A stretch of 63,765 nucleotides of DNA, the filler included, from Vannella sp. (lineage: Eukaryota): the NCBI GenBank assembly GCA_023345925.1. It is 9 parts of 9 records of this genome, joined end to end, with 100 filler letters (N's around TTAATTAATTAA, not from the genome) between each part and the next. Parts side by side here need not be neighbours in the genome. Positions count along the whole stretch, not along the records: positions 41,372 to 51,904 come from JAJQQN010001405.1; positions 52,005 to 60,437 come from JAJQQN010001429.1; 7 more parts are not named here. One strand, given 5' to 3'. The position numbers were made by a program, and so were the translations under genes. This document shows, in pieces, positions 43,023 through 55,157 of this stretch (position 1 is its first letter; each line of letters starts with the position of its first letter). A model generated the notes under the pieces. It was not told the DNA's origin. It saw only the letters and a program-made list of their open reading frames with translations, and ran no database searches.

Positions 43023-45015
43023 TTATGCGGTTCGGCCAGCCTTCTTGGAGAGGGAGAAGAAGGCGGTCCGTGGGGACTTGATGCCAGCCGGGATTGGTTC
43101 TGGAGCCTGCTCAAATGCAGTCAGCTCTTGTAGAACATCAAGAGAGATGTAAGTTGGGTCACTGAAACTGAACTGCTCATGCCTGCGAGCTTCCAGGAAG
43201 GAGCGCGAGAAACTTCCGCAGACATCATCGCATTCTCCAAAGCAAAGAGGGTCGTCCACTTTGAACAGGTAGACGATATCCCTCTCACTTATAAGCAAAG
43301 AACCATCTTCATCAAGCGATTCACTGGCCCGGAAAGCCTCCAAAGGAGCTCCGAGATTGCCGGAGAAGAGAAGCTTGTACTTGTGAATAAGATACTTTCC
43401 GATGCTCATTGCATGCTGAGAGTAGGCCAAAAAGTTGTGCAAGTAGGCTTCATCATCTGGTGCGCGCCAAAGAAGGGGTCCTAGGATGATTCCGAGGTTA
43501 CTGGAGTCCATTTTGTTGCTCTCGAAGGTCGCCACCTTGGTCATGGTTCGGACCATCAACTTGCACAGCTCATAGTGTGATGGCGGTAGAGTGGCGAGAA
43601 GGCAGCGGAAGTAATGGAGCTTCTGGGTCTTATTCTGGATCTGAATGGCAGCTACGAACCTCAGATGGAGTTCATAAGTGAGTGGAGGCTCTGGAAGGGT
43701 TTGAAGATAGTATTTGAGTGAGTTGGCGATCACGTGGATACCAAATTGGGAGATATCCACTTCCTCTTCTTCATCTAGAGCTGTCATAAGACGGTTCATC
43801 TCTTGCTGGTTCCCACTTATGCGGAAGATACCCTCCTCACCGAACCCCATCTTCCTGAGAGCGCGGATAAGATTTGATACAATGGGAGGAGAGCGGTGAC
43901 CGTTGGTATAGCTCCTTTGCATGACCTTTTCCAAGGGCACTCCAAAGTATCGAGCATCTGGATTTGGAGTGTGTACTCCAAGTTGGGGCATTGCCAGGAC
44001 GTCAACGCTCTTCGTTCGGACGAGACGGGAAATAGCTTGTGATATTCCCTTCTTTTCTGTGCGCTTTTTCCTCTCTGTGGCTGAGCCACTCGGGAGTTCT
44101 TCGGTAACTCGGAGAGAAGCGAGAAGTTCCTCAGCAAGTCCTTCGCCCTCAGCACTTTCCTCATTTTGTGTTTCGAGGGCCCTCTTTGCAGTCAAGTCTC
44201 TGCGCCTCTTAGTGAGCTACGGATGCTTCTCTTAGATCTGCTAGGTCAACTTACGTCCGGTGAGTGAGCGCCTTGGCGGAGATTCGCGGAATAGATCTGA
44301 ATTTCTTGCTGGAACGTCGAGAAGGCGCCCCTGGAGAGTTCTCAAAGGATCTTTTCAGGTTGGGGGAGTTGGTGGCCACTCCAGCAGCCCGTCCGGGAGA
44401 GAGGGACCGACGAGGACTGATCCCAGCCGTTGCTGCATTGATTCGGATCATCAGAGAAGAGGCCGTAGAATCAGCGAGGAATATGACTGGCTCTTGGTCT
44501 GCCTTCAGGCCCTGCAAGTGCTCGGATACCAACGTTTCCCCTTCCAAAGTGGTCCAACCCTCTTCAAGGCCCGTAACTTGCTGCTCAGGCACCATATCAG
44601 TTAGCTTAGCAGCCGAAAGGTCTGTTGCAAGAAAGAAGGAGGGATAGTCTTGCTCAACAGGGAGACACCGGCGAAGAGAGGTCAGTAAGCCGGCAGACGT
44701 CACGTCTGGTTCAACAAGGAAGCGTTTGGCAAACAATACAGTAACCACAGTTGGCTGTGGCTTATATACCAAGTGAGCTTGCTTCTGGAACACATTGTAC
44801 ACCGAGAGAGAGACCTCATCCGACAAGAGAACCTCTTGCCCCCGAATTGCGATGTACAGAGCCGCTGGAGGGTGCAAAACACTCTCCTCTCGTGGCAACA
44901 GTAACTGACGAACCATCTCTTTCACCTCAGACACCAGTACGTCCTCCGAAGGCAGTTCTAAAGTCAAAAGCGCGAGCGGTCCAAAGAACGGCGTCCACAC
45001 CGTCACGTCCGTCAT
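43023..45015 (-). CDS. RhoGAP protein with ubiquitin/FERM-like N-terminal region and degenerate SH3-like tail, 2 exons
   Basis: FGVPLE, EEGIFRISG (Arg finger), LKYYLQTLPEPPLT, NKMDSSNLGIILGPLL. Intron near 44200-44254. Flanking domain identities are tentative. Confidence 0.85.
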
Positions 45016-45080
45016 GCTCCCAAAGAATAGCAAATGGCTTCACATTTAATTAATCTATAATTGGTGGGCTTTTGGAATGG

Positions 45081-45088
45081 GCGGGAAA
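45081..45088 (-). promoter_or_regulatory. E2F consensus site TTTCCCGC in the RhoGAP/NUP210 bidirectional promoter
   Basis: Exact TTTSSCGC match within the 96-nt gap between the two ATGs. Confidence 0.4.
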
Positions 45089-45111
45089 GTGCCATTTGCT
45101 CTCGTCCGCCC

Positions 45112-48100
45112 ATGGCTGATGTTGGGTGGACGCTGGTTGCAGTGTGGGTGGTGTTGGTGAGTTGTTTGGTTGTTGGTGGTGATGCGCAAGGTGCTGGGGG
45201 TGGTCGGAGAGTGCTGGATGATGTTGCGATCGATCAGCTGAGTCTTTTGTTGCCTTTGACCCACGGCAAGGTCAAAACCTCCTATATCCTGAAGGCGTAC
45301 AACGGATGCTTCAAGTGGTACGTCAATCTTTACCCTATATACTCTCTGTATGCACTCTTGTGTGTTGGCTAACGCTTGGTCCTTCTAGGATAAGTTCCAA
45401 CCCTGATGTCGCCATGGTTCGGGCACTTTACCGCCTAAATGCGTGCGAGACCCTTCTCAAGTCACAGAAGGGACTCCCGAAAGAAGATATCTACACGGAG
45501 GATGATAGTGGCTGCAGTACCGAGTGCCTGGTGACTGTAACTCAGACCGGTTTGGGCCAGCGCGCTTCCACCTTTGTCGTAGCGGAGGATGCAATCAGCG
45601 GGCGCAAGGTCAGGTGCGAGGTTATCGTTGATAAGGTGGATCGCGTCGAGATCGAGACTACGTCGCGCCAGATCTTCCAGGATGACGTGGAAAGGCTGAG
45701 CGTTCTCGCTTTTGACAGTGAAGGCAACCTGTTCTCCACTCTGGAAGGCCTACAGTTCCAATGGAGTCTTGTACCAGTCAACACCAACGTTCCTATTCAA
45801 CCTCTCGTCTTTGTACCCTTCTCAGAGTCCACTGTGGAGGTTTCTGATCGCCTTTTGGAGATGGAACGCCAAGGAGTGCAGTCCTATGCGACACTGGTGA
45901 AGGGCAATGAGAACGGAAGGACGTACGTTAGCGCTAAAATGGTTGAGTCTGGCTACACCGATGTCAAGCAGTCCACAGTGACGATCGCCGTACTCGAGCC
46001 AATTGAACTTGACCCACTTCAGCCTGTCTGGTTGACTCCCGGGTCCCTTCTTCAGTACCAGTTGAAGACCTTCAAGGGCGAATACTCTCGTGTGATCCCC
46101 ATGCCTAATGACCGCTATCACTGGAGTTCTCTCGCCTCGAATGTTGCTGTGGTCGACTCTCGCGGACTTGTGCGAGCTGTAGAGCCAGGAACTACTCAGA
46201 TCATCGTCAAATACCAAGACATGATCGAGAACAACGCTGTTGGTGTCGTTACAGTCGTAATGCCCGCGCATTTGACCCTCAAGATCGTCCCTTTGACTGA
46301 TGACAAGGGTGCTTCAGGCCGCAATGCTCCTGCTAGCTCTAACTGGTACCTGATCAATGGGCAAAGCTATGAGTTGACTGTAGAAGTGTTCGATGTCAAC
46401 GGCAATCGGATTGCAGTCACTCCTGACACGCAGTTTGAGGTGGAGTTGCCTCGGGACAGCTTCACTGTGACTGAAAGCACTCCCAATGGGGCTCGTCACA
46501 GGGTTGTTGCTTCTCGTGAAGGCTTGGCGGAGGTATCTGCACGACTGAGCTATCTAATTGACTCCTCGACTCGTCGGAAGATCCCCCTTCCAGTCCCTTT
46601 GGCAGTTCGTCAGGAAGTGGTCATCTCTTCACCCGTCTCTGTCCTTCCTAGGTCTATTCGCTTGCCTTTTGACCCCACTGCCATTCATTCTTCTCTCCTA
46701 ACTGCGCGGGGTGGCAGCAAGGAGTTCAATTGGCACTCGGTAGACAATAATGTGGCCACTGTTGACTCACGGGGAGCTGTCACGGCTATTTCTTTGGGAG
46801 AAACCACGGTTGTAGCAGCTGACTCTCGCAATTCTAACAACCGCGACGCTTGTGTCGTCTCTGTGAAGCCTGTTGGCAGTGTGGAATTGATTGCTCTGCA
46901 GCGGGAGGTTCAAGTGGGGCAGGACCTCCTTCTGGCATTTGCCTTTTACGATAAGGACGGCGTCCTCTTTGACAATTGCTCCGCTCTCTCCTTCCAGTGG
47001 GGTATCAGTGACCCAACTGTGTTCACCTCTATCCCAACCTCCATTGACGAGAGTTTGATTCCTGCGGAGCAAAAGGCCACTTTCAAACGTGCTTGTGCCT
47101 TCCGCTCTGTTCGGGGACTGAAAGCAGGTTACGCCAACATTGTTGTTCAGTTCCAGGAGGCGAAGAGTGAGCTTTCTTTCTTTGCCTTTGACCCGCTTCG
47201 GATGGAGCCTGCAGAGGCACTTGTCACTCTTGGTAGCTCGTACACGTTCTATGCTAAGGGTGGGCCTAACGCTTGGTTTTTTGATCCCAGCTTGTACAAT
47301 GCAGTGATGACACCTGAGTCACCCGATGCGGTCAAGATTGAGCCAACAAAGGCCACCCCAGGAGGACCTATTGGGTTCCGAGTGACCTGTCGAGCGCACG
47401 GAGAGCAGCGTATCATTGTCAGCGCTGGAAATCGCCCTGCTAGGATCAATCCTTTCCCCAGGAGCTCTGTTACTGAGGTGCTGTTTGCTTGTTTCCCTCC
47501 AACCTCCCTCTTTGTCCAACCAGTTGTTCCCCCACGAACCGCCAATCCCACGGACCAGTGCGGCTCATTCTGGTGGGCAGATATTAATACTGCAGAGGGA
47601 AAGGAGCCGTCCAAGTGGCCCACCACCTTTGCTCTCCATAATAACCAGAAAGTCACATTCCAAGCGGCTGTGTTGGACCACAGAGGGCGAGTTTTTGACA
47701 ACTCTTCGTCGCTTGACTACCAATGGTCTTCAGGCAACCCTTTAATTACTTCATTCGAGACCAAAACCATCCGATGCCGTGAGCAATGTCCTGCTCAGGT
47801 ATTTGATAAGCAAGGAGAGGCAATCGTGAAGGTCCAGGTACCAGGATTCGACAGCACTGCACTTGCTCGAGCCTCTATCCGCGCATCGGATAACGCGAAG
47901 CTGACGAACTTGCAGAGAGAGATCCATTTGTCTGTCTTGGGGAACGTCCAACTCGAACCTGCCTTCCAAACGGTCTTCTTGCATCCTTCCAACATCATTC
48001 ATGTGGAGCTCATCTCCAGTTCGCCGGGCACCAAAATCAGTGTCAATGACTCCATTGTCTCTGTTCTTAATAATGCCGCTAAGCCAGGTGTTCTGGACAT

Positions 48101-50841
48101 TGTCCCCCTGCGGCAGGGAGTGGTAGAGCTGGTCGCAACCGATGGGTGTTTGCAAGGATCTTCGCCAGCGTACTCGCGTATCAGTGTATCAGAAGTACAC
48201 AAGATCACTGTGTTGGTTGGTAATAGCATCCCTGTGGGAGACAGCATCGATTTGCAGCTGCTTGTTGAAGATAAGGACGGCAAGGTTTTCCACGAGTCCC
48301 AATACCAGTACATGGAGTTGCGTTCCCACCAAGACAACCAACTCATTCGGATTGAGCCCCTTCATAACGCACCATCGCGTTATCGTGTTGTTGGAGTATC
48401 TCCAGGGACTACGTCAATCTCCTTCCACTCCTCTGTGGAAGGGCGCGCCATTTCTTCTGGGACTCACCAGATCTTTGTGTTCCCTCCTTTCAGTCTCTCT
48501 CCCAAGGAGACTGTTCTTGCACCTGGAAACACTTACCATCTACGGGCCCGTGGAGGTCCTCCAACAGGATCCACCGTTCGCTTCAGCAGTGGGAAGAACT
48601 CTGTCGTTTCTGTCTCTCCAGAAGGAGTGGTAACTGCACACAAGGCGGGAACCGCGTCTGTCCTTGCCACAATTGAAGGATTCGACCCTGCAACGGGTGC
48701 CCTGGTACAATACGGGCAAGCTACGATGGAGGTTATTGTGCGCGATCTTACGGACATCCAACTCCACTATCCTACCAGCACTATCGTTGTAGGGAACGAA
48801 ATGAATGCGGTTGTTTTAGGGCCTCAGGGAGAGTCGCCATTCTCTTATGGCTCTCACCTCAACTTCCATTGGAGCGGATCTAATGAGGACTCTTTGGCGG
48901 TTCAGCCCCGATTTGCAGAGTCTGGCTGTACTCTGGAGGAGGAGCACATGTTCAGTGCTCGTCTCGTGGCCAAAAAGCCAGGCCAGTCCCGTGTTACTGT
49001 GAGCACAACAAAGCCCCGCTCGGGCCTCCTGAATCCTGAACGAGAATTCACCGCCTCTGCATTGATTAATGTTATTGAGCCGTTGACTCTTTTGTCTCCT
49101 TCCCAGATACTTCTGACCCCGCGGACTCTGTATTCTCTCAGAACCAACTTGGACTATCTTTCCACTCTGACGTACACAGCGCTTGTGACTGACTGTAACT
49201 CGCAGTATGCAGTGTGTTCTGTCGATGCACGGGGTCAAGTCCAGACACTGTCGAGGACGGGACTTTGCTACATTCAGATTCATGAAACGGAAACCTCGCA
49301 ATCTTTGGTTGTACTGGTAGAGGTGAAGCCACTTGATGCAGTCCAATTGAGTCCTAGCAGTGCGAATGGACGAAGTGTGTATCTCACTGTCCCCCTGGGT
49401 GAGACAATTGAGTTTGTCGTGCGTTATTTGGATGACCTCTCAAGGCCATTCGACCGAATCTCTTCAAGCGATGAGTTCGTAGTTACAAGCAACGCGCACG
49501 ATGTCGTCAGCACACGTGTCCACGCGAGTAGCAGACTTGTTGAGGTGAAGGGGCTCCGGCCAGGCAGTGCCATTTTACAGGTGGCAAAGGGCACTGACGG
49601 AGACGATCTCCTTGACTTTATCCAAGTCCGAGTGGGGAACACCATTACGCCATCATCTCCTACTATTCACTTGGGCGGCGTAGTCAACTTCCGAGCACGG
49701 TTTGGCAAGCTTCTTGGCGATGGTGCCCGATGGGAGACTTCTGATTCAACTGTACTCAGTATTGACCCAGAAACTGGTGTTGCCACGGCCAAGCGCACAG
49801 GGTCCGCTGATGTTCTCTTGAGAACTGCTGACCAAGTTACCATCACGCGCGCAATTGTTGGCCTTGTTGACCAGATCCAGGTCACTTTACCAGAGGCGCC
49901 ACTTACTAACTACAAGCGAAATGAGCCTTATTTGATTCCTTTGGCTCTTTTCACTTCGGGAAGGCCCCTGAATATGAGCCGGGATCCTGTGTTGAACAAC
50001 AATATCCAGTGCTCTTGTTCGATTGACCAAAAGGCCTGGGCCACTGCCGCTGTTGTCGTCAAGGATGGCCAAGCTTTCTGTGCTATCAAGATGGAGGATT
50101 CTCCTGATAAGGTGAATGGGGCAGTGCCAGAGCTGCTCTCTCTTCGGGTGAGCGCAACTGATTTATCCAACTCCTACCAATATTCAACTTCAGCGGTACT
50201 TCCGCTTTCTCCCGCGTTCGTTGTACACGAGCTTGAAGGGGGACTCATCCAATTGAGTCGCACCCAAGTGCGCCAAAATGTGCGAGTCACTCACGGTCGC
50301 TCAGATGTTGTTGCCTACTCATCCAATCCTTCGGTATTGAGTATTCGGAAAGTCAATTCGATGTTATACTCGACTGTCTTTGAGGTAAATGCACTTCAGG
50401 CACAATACGACTTTACCGAGAATATTTCTTTCAACTCTTCGTCCACAGGCCAGGAGGTAAGGAAGACCCACACTATCGTAACGCGTTACTTATCAACATT
50501 AGGTCATCATTCCGGTGACATACGTTAACAACGGGGAACCAACAGAAAAGACCAGCCGCTCCCAAGCTTTCGGGGAGATGACTCATATCTCTGCCCAGTC
50601 GTCAGGGTTTAGCGTGCTCAAGTTTGTGGTGTTCTCGCTACTCACTGTAGTGGCCATGGTTTTGGGATATTTGTATTTCCGTCCTTCCCCTGTTCCCGGA
50701 ATCCGTTCCCCCATTCGGCCAGGTTCTGGCCCTGGATCTCCTGCCTCGGCGCGTTCATCCACTACCAGACCTTTTGGTTTCGATCCTTCTTCACCGCCCG
50801 CGCAACTGCCGGTCTTTGCCTCCCCGTTTGCTCGGACTTAG
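45112..50841 (+). CDS. NUP210: Nuclear pore membrane glycoprotein gp210, 3 exons
   Basis: Signal peptide; LLLP...Y.L.A.NGCF.W.SS.P; D.EGN.FSTLEGLQFQW; many Ig-like (BIG2) repeats; C-terminal TM and Ser/Pro tail. Introns near 45318-45388 and 50457-50502. Confidence 0.93.
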
Positions 50842-50970
50842 TCTTCTTTTGCTCAACAAATCCTTCCTTTTCCTTTGATTGCCCTTTGCAGAAGCCCTTA
50901 GCAATAGAGGAGGTCAAGAATAGTGTACAAACACAGATTTACAAGTTCAATTGAGAGTGACTTGGGTCAC

Positions 50971-51498
50971 TTAGAAGATATTGAAGTTGGAATGGTCGAC
51001 ATGGACGAAGGTTTGGGGGATGAAAGCTTCTTCCGACCATGTGAAGAGCTCTTGTGACTGGAAGCTCTTCATGTATGTGTGGTCTGTGGTTGTGAAGGGA
51101 TGAGTGAACTCTGGTGACTGGGGGAAAGCTCCTGAAGGGGATCCAGTTTCGCAGAAGAAGAAAGTGTAGCTCCCTTGCACGTCATGAGCCCAGATGAACC
51201 AAAGGGATACTGGGAGGCTGTTTGGTGTTGAGCAGAGGCTTCTCACTTGTGTCAGGGTGGCGTGTAGTTGCCCGTCTGTGCTGAAAAGCACAACAGAGCT
51301 GAGAGGGACCCACTCGCTCCCTGGGCAAGGGATGGCAGCTAATGGGACTTGACTCTCAATGAAGGAGCATCGTCCAGATTGGAACTCGAGCTGGTGGAGG
51401 GAGGAGATCCACGGGAGAGGAGCGGTGTCGAGCAGACTGGCTTCAAAGGTGGCCATGGCAACTTGTTGAGCAAAGGACAATGTGTGTGTGTGGAACAT
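50971..51498 (-). CDS. Hypothetical protein (175 aa)
   Basis: Intact ATG-to-stop ORF convergent with NUP210; no motif recognised. Confidence 0.5.
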   Translation of the reverse strand: MFHTHTLSFAQQVAMATFEASLLDTAPLPWISSLHQLEFQSGRCSFIESQVPLAAIPCPGSEWVPLSSVVLFSTDGQLHATLTQVRSLCSTPNSLPVSLWFIWAHDVQGSYTFFFCETGSPSGAFPQSPEFTHPFTTTDHTYMKSFQSQELFTWSEEAFIPQTFVHVDHSNFNIF

Positions 51499-51792
51499 GA
51501 TGATTAGATAATGAACTGCTCTCCCAGCCGAGAGGCTTTATCCTCTCCCATCGTGGATGAGGAAGAAAACCCGAAGAGTTGAGTTGCGAGTTTGGCTCAA
51601 CTTTTGCCTCAAAAATGACCGTTTTCGCCGATTGATCGCGATCAGGTCCTATTTTAAGCGCACCATTTTCGTGTTGAAACAACAAAACTAACTTACTGAC
51701 TTTCCCTTTCCGATTGGAGATAAGAAAGTTACCAAATTTACATTTCAGAAAAAATCGGGCTTCCTGAGCGATTGTGGAATTTGCGCTGCAGC

Positions 51793-51848
51793 AAGCGCCT
51801 TCCCAAGGAGGCCAGCGGACATGGTTGAGTGGGGCGGTGAATTCTCTC
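51793..51848 (+). repeat. Dispersed non-coding element, copy B
   Basis: AAGGAGGCCAGCGGAC.TGGTT.A.TGGGGCG...GAA.TCTCTC shared with 34854-34910, including a 16-nt exact core. Confidence 0.8.
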
Positions 51849-51904
51849 GAGACGAGAGAATCCATGGCCTGGGCGATTGATCGTGCACTGGACGTTAAAA
51901 ACCT

Positions 51905-52004
51905 NNNNNNNNNNNNNNNNNNNNNNNNNNNNNNNNNNNNNNNNNNNNTTAATTAATTAANNNNNNNNNNNNNNNNNNNNNNNNNNNNNNNNNNNNNNNN
52001 NNNN
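51905..52004. other. Artificial contig spacer
   Basis: N44-TTAATTAATTAA-N44. Confidence 0.99.
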
Positions 52005-54104
52005 ATCTTTTCATGATAGAAATGAGAATAGGTCGATCTTTATTTCCTGAAGAGAAGACTTCAATACTTGCAGGTAAACCTGAACTAGGACAGCTTTGGC
52101 GCGGTCGGAGGCCTTTTTCCTCCCTCAAGAGGCGGTTGATCTCCTTTTCGGTCCCTTCTGCTTCGCGTTTCTCTCGGCGACTCGCTTTGGTTTCGCCTTG
52201 GCTCGATGCTTTCGTCTTTGTGGTCGAGAGACGAGTCGCCTCCCCGGAAGAAGAGTGAGAACTCCCTTTCTCCTTTGCATTTCGATTCTTCCGCGAAGGA
52301 CTTGAGTTTTTGCCCTTGGAGATGGCTTTGGGAGGTGCTTTTGGTTCAGGTTTTGGGAGAGTGACCTTTCGTGCTCCCAAAAACCCTCTGCAAAGTGGCT
52401 TCCCGCAGTAACACTTCTGCTTCGATCGTCCCACTCGCTCGTATTGATAATCGAATGTGACTTCTTCTCCTGCTCTGATGTCCCGTATGGCGAATATTCC
52501 AACGCATTTGTGGCCCCTGACATGCCTTGGGACGGTTAGAGAGCCCTTTGACTTGGACAAAAGGTTATTTACCATATCTCTGGCTTGCAGTTGGGCTCAC
52601 AGCTGTGGTTGATAAATCGAGCAACATTTCCTTTGTAGGTCGCATCCACATAGCGCCCAGCACCGACAGTAATGATATAGTAATTCTTTTCTCCTCCTCG
52701 TCTCTTCATACGATCCAAAAACTGGTCGTGGTCGATGACTTCGCCCACATATTCGATGACAAAGTCGCCTCGCTTGATGTTCTCTTGTGCCAATATACCC
52801 CAACCCTTCTTCTTGGTGTGAACCACTTTCAGTTTGCTGTAGGACATCTTCTGGAATCGTTGGTTCATACAATGGTCACCACAAGGACAGTTTGCGGGGT
52901 AGCACTCTTCCATTCCAAGACGGTTCATGCAGTTCGTGCCACAGGACATGTCAGGGACATGTTGCAAGTACCAGCATTGGCACTGTTCACTCCGCACTTC
53001 TTTTGGCTGTTTGACATCAACGTAGACGTTGCGCTTCAAAGCAGAGTACTCTTTTGTGTACGCACTCCCACGAAACTCCTTCTCGTCTTCCGTATCCTCA
53101 CTAACAAGGTCTGAGTTGGATTCACTCTCGCAAGTAGTCTGATCATCCGGATCGATATCCTCCTCTGTACTTGCGGTACCAATGTCCACTTTACGTTGCC
53201 TTTTGGAGTGACTCCTCGTTTTCCTCACGGGGTGGGAGGAGGCTTTTGGAGGGGAGGTTTGAGACGATCTCTTACGGTACGCTCTCTTTGGGATTGCAGG
53301 AAGGATAATCTCATCTCTCAGAGAAATGGTGTCCTCGTCTGATGAAGGATCGAAAGAGGGAGAGGAGGAGCCTTCGGAGGAGGAAGGGTCTAACAGAACT
53401 GCCATCAAATCGCCACTAAGGCTACTTTCACTCTCAGACGCAGAAGAAGATATGCTAGAGCCATCTGATGAGGATGAGGAGGAGCTGAGATCATCAGGAC
53501 CAAAAATTGTGGTGTAAATCTCGTTCTCTTCGTCCCCCCAGTTACTTCGGTCAATAGGTTTGGGTGGAATACTTCTTTGCTTCTGTCTGAAGAAAGGTTT
53601 GTAACTTGGGGAGACGCTTGAGTGGGTCTTGGTAGGTTTGGTCACTTTGGGAGAGCCTTTCAGCTTCGTTTTGCGAGGACGAATGATCTCTTCCTCAGAC
53701 GAAGTAGAGGAGTCACTCCTTGGAGAAGGTGATCGAACGACATAATCAGTAGTAAGGCTTGTTAATGAGGCTCGAGGATGGCGAGGAGGGGGGAGTCGAA
53801 TGCGGACTGGGGAAGGAGGGCGAATTTTACGTTTTTTCGCAGCAGGTGGAGCAGGTAGGACTGATTTGTTAGAGAAGAGACTCTTACGCGAGGAACCTGA
53901 TGTACCAGACTCCCCTTGGATAGACGTATGGCTCCTTTTGCGAGAGTATGTAACAGCAGGTTCACTCGCTTCTTTCGGGCTAGGAGGAGGCGAGGGAACG
54001 CGAACCTTCTCTGGAAGGAAGGTCTCTGTAATAGTAAACTGAGCGAGGGATTTTGCTGCACGAGGATGCATGGGTTTCCAAAGAACGTCCTCCCGCTTGC
54101 TCAT
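52005..54104 (-). CDS. AWS-SET-postSET histone lysine methyltransferase (Set2/ASH1/NSD H3K36 class), 3' truncated
   Basis: AWS C.C...CGTNCMNR...EC..C.CG.HC.NQRFQ; SET KGWG, EYVGEV, ARFINHSCEPNC, EEVTFDY; post-SET CYCG...CRGFL. One intron near 52526-52571. Confidence 0.92.
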
Positions 54105-54219
54105 CAGCGGGCCAAGAAAAACAAGCCAAACAGCGAAAACAGAAATCCCAAGAATCCTTCAAATTGGCTGAATTAATCAAATATTTAACCACATATTTAT
54201 ACCTCATTTTTGGTGTCTT

Positions 54220-55117
54220 ATGCGGGGTTGGGTGTTGTTGGTGGTTCTTTCTCTCGCGTTGAGTTCCCTTCATTTGTGGGCTCATGTCGATTGGATATCC
54301 AAGCTCTTATGGAAGAGTGATGAGACGGGAGTTGGCATGATCGTCTTGCTCCGCAATCCTCAGACTGGGGACTCTTTTGTTGAGAGAGTCTTCGAGAAGA
54401 TGTCGTGGCAGTTCTCTTCAGCAGGAAGTAAAAAGGCTACTGTTGAAGACTTCCGCAAGGAACTAGACAACGCATTCAAACTACCATCACCAGATGTGCT
54501 TGCATTCATATCCCCTCTTAGACTTTAATCTTCCTGCGCTCTTGCCGATGCTGCTGCAACAGAAGGCGAGAGCTGAAGCAAAGGGGTTCATTTTCGACGT
54601 TATCACCACCGTGAGGGACCCTGTCTCTCACATCGTTCAAAGCTACGACTTTGCGCTCGCTACAACTCATTCTGACATGGTTTGGGAAGATGTCATGAGC
54701 ACGGCTGCTAACCCACAGATGAATTCAGTGTTTGGTGCTCTTCCTATGACGTTTCCAAGTGCGTGGGAGCCTTGGAGTGGAGGCACCACTGCATTTATCC
54801 CCAAAGAATGGATGATGCCCTACAGGGAGCAGCTTGAACAGCTGGACTTCATCTTCTTTGAGTCTACAGAGACAATGGAAGAGTTTCTGGTGTATCTGGA
54901 AGTTCGCTTCCAAGTCAACGTGGCTGGTTTAGAGATTGTTCATTATTCTGTGCCTTGGTCCGTCCGGCAAACTCCTCTGTCAATGATAGAGTACCAAACC
55001 ATCTTACAGCGGAACACTTTAGATCATACTTTCGTATCCCAAGCCCGAGACATTGGATCTCGGAAACTGTACGAGTTGCTCTCTCCTTTGATGACGGTTC
55101 CAGTGCAAGTGGTGTGA
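54220..55117 (+). CDS. Type II membrane sulfotransferase-like protein split over two frames (54220-54528 and 54494-55117)
   Basis: Signal anchor; 3'-PB-like ITTVRDPVSHIVQSY; C-terminal RNTLD..F; degenerate 5'-PSB-like RNPQTGDS. The frame join is unresolved. Confidence 0.55.
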
Positions 55118-55157
55118 CCCTATTTATTCACTCCCTTTATGAGAGAACAATGCGATT

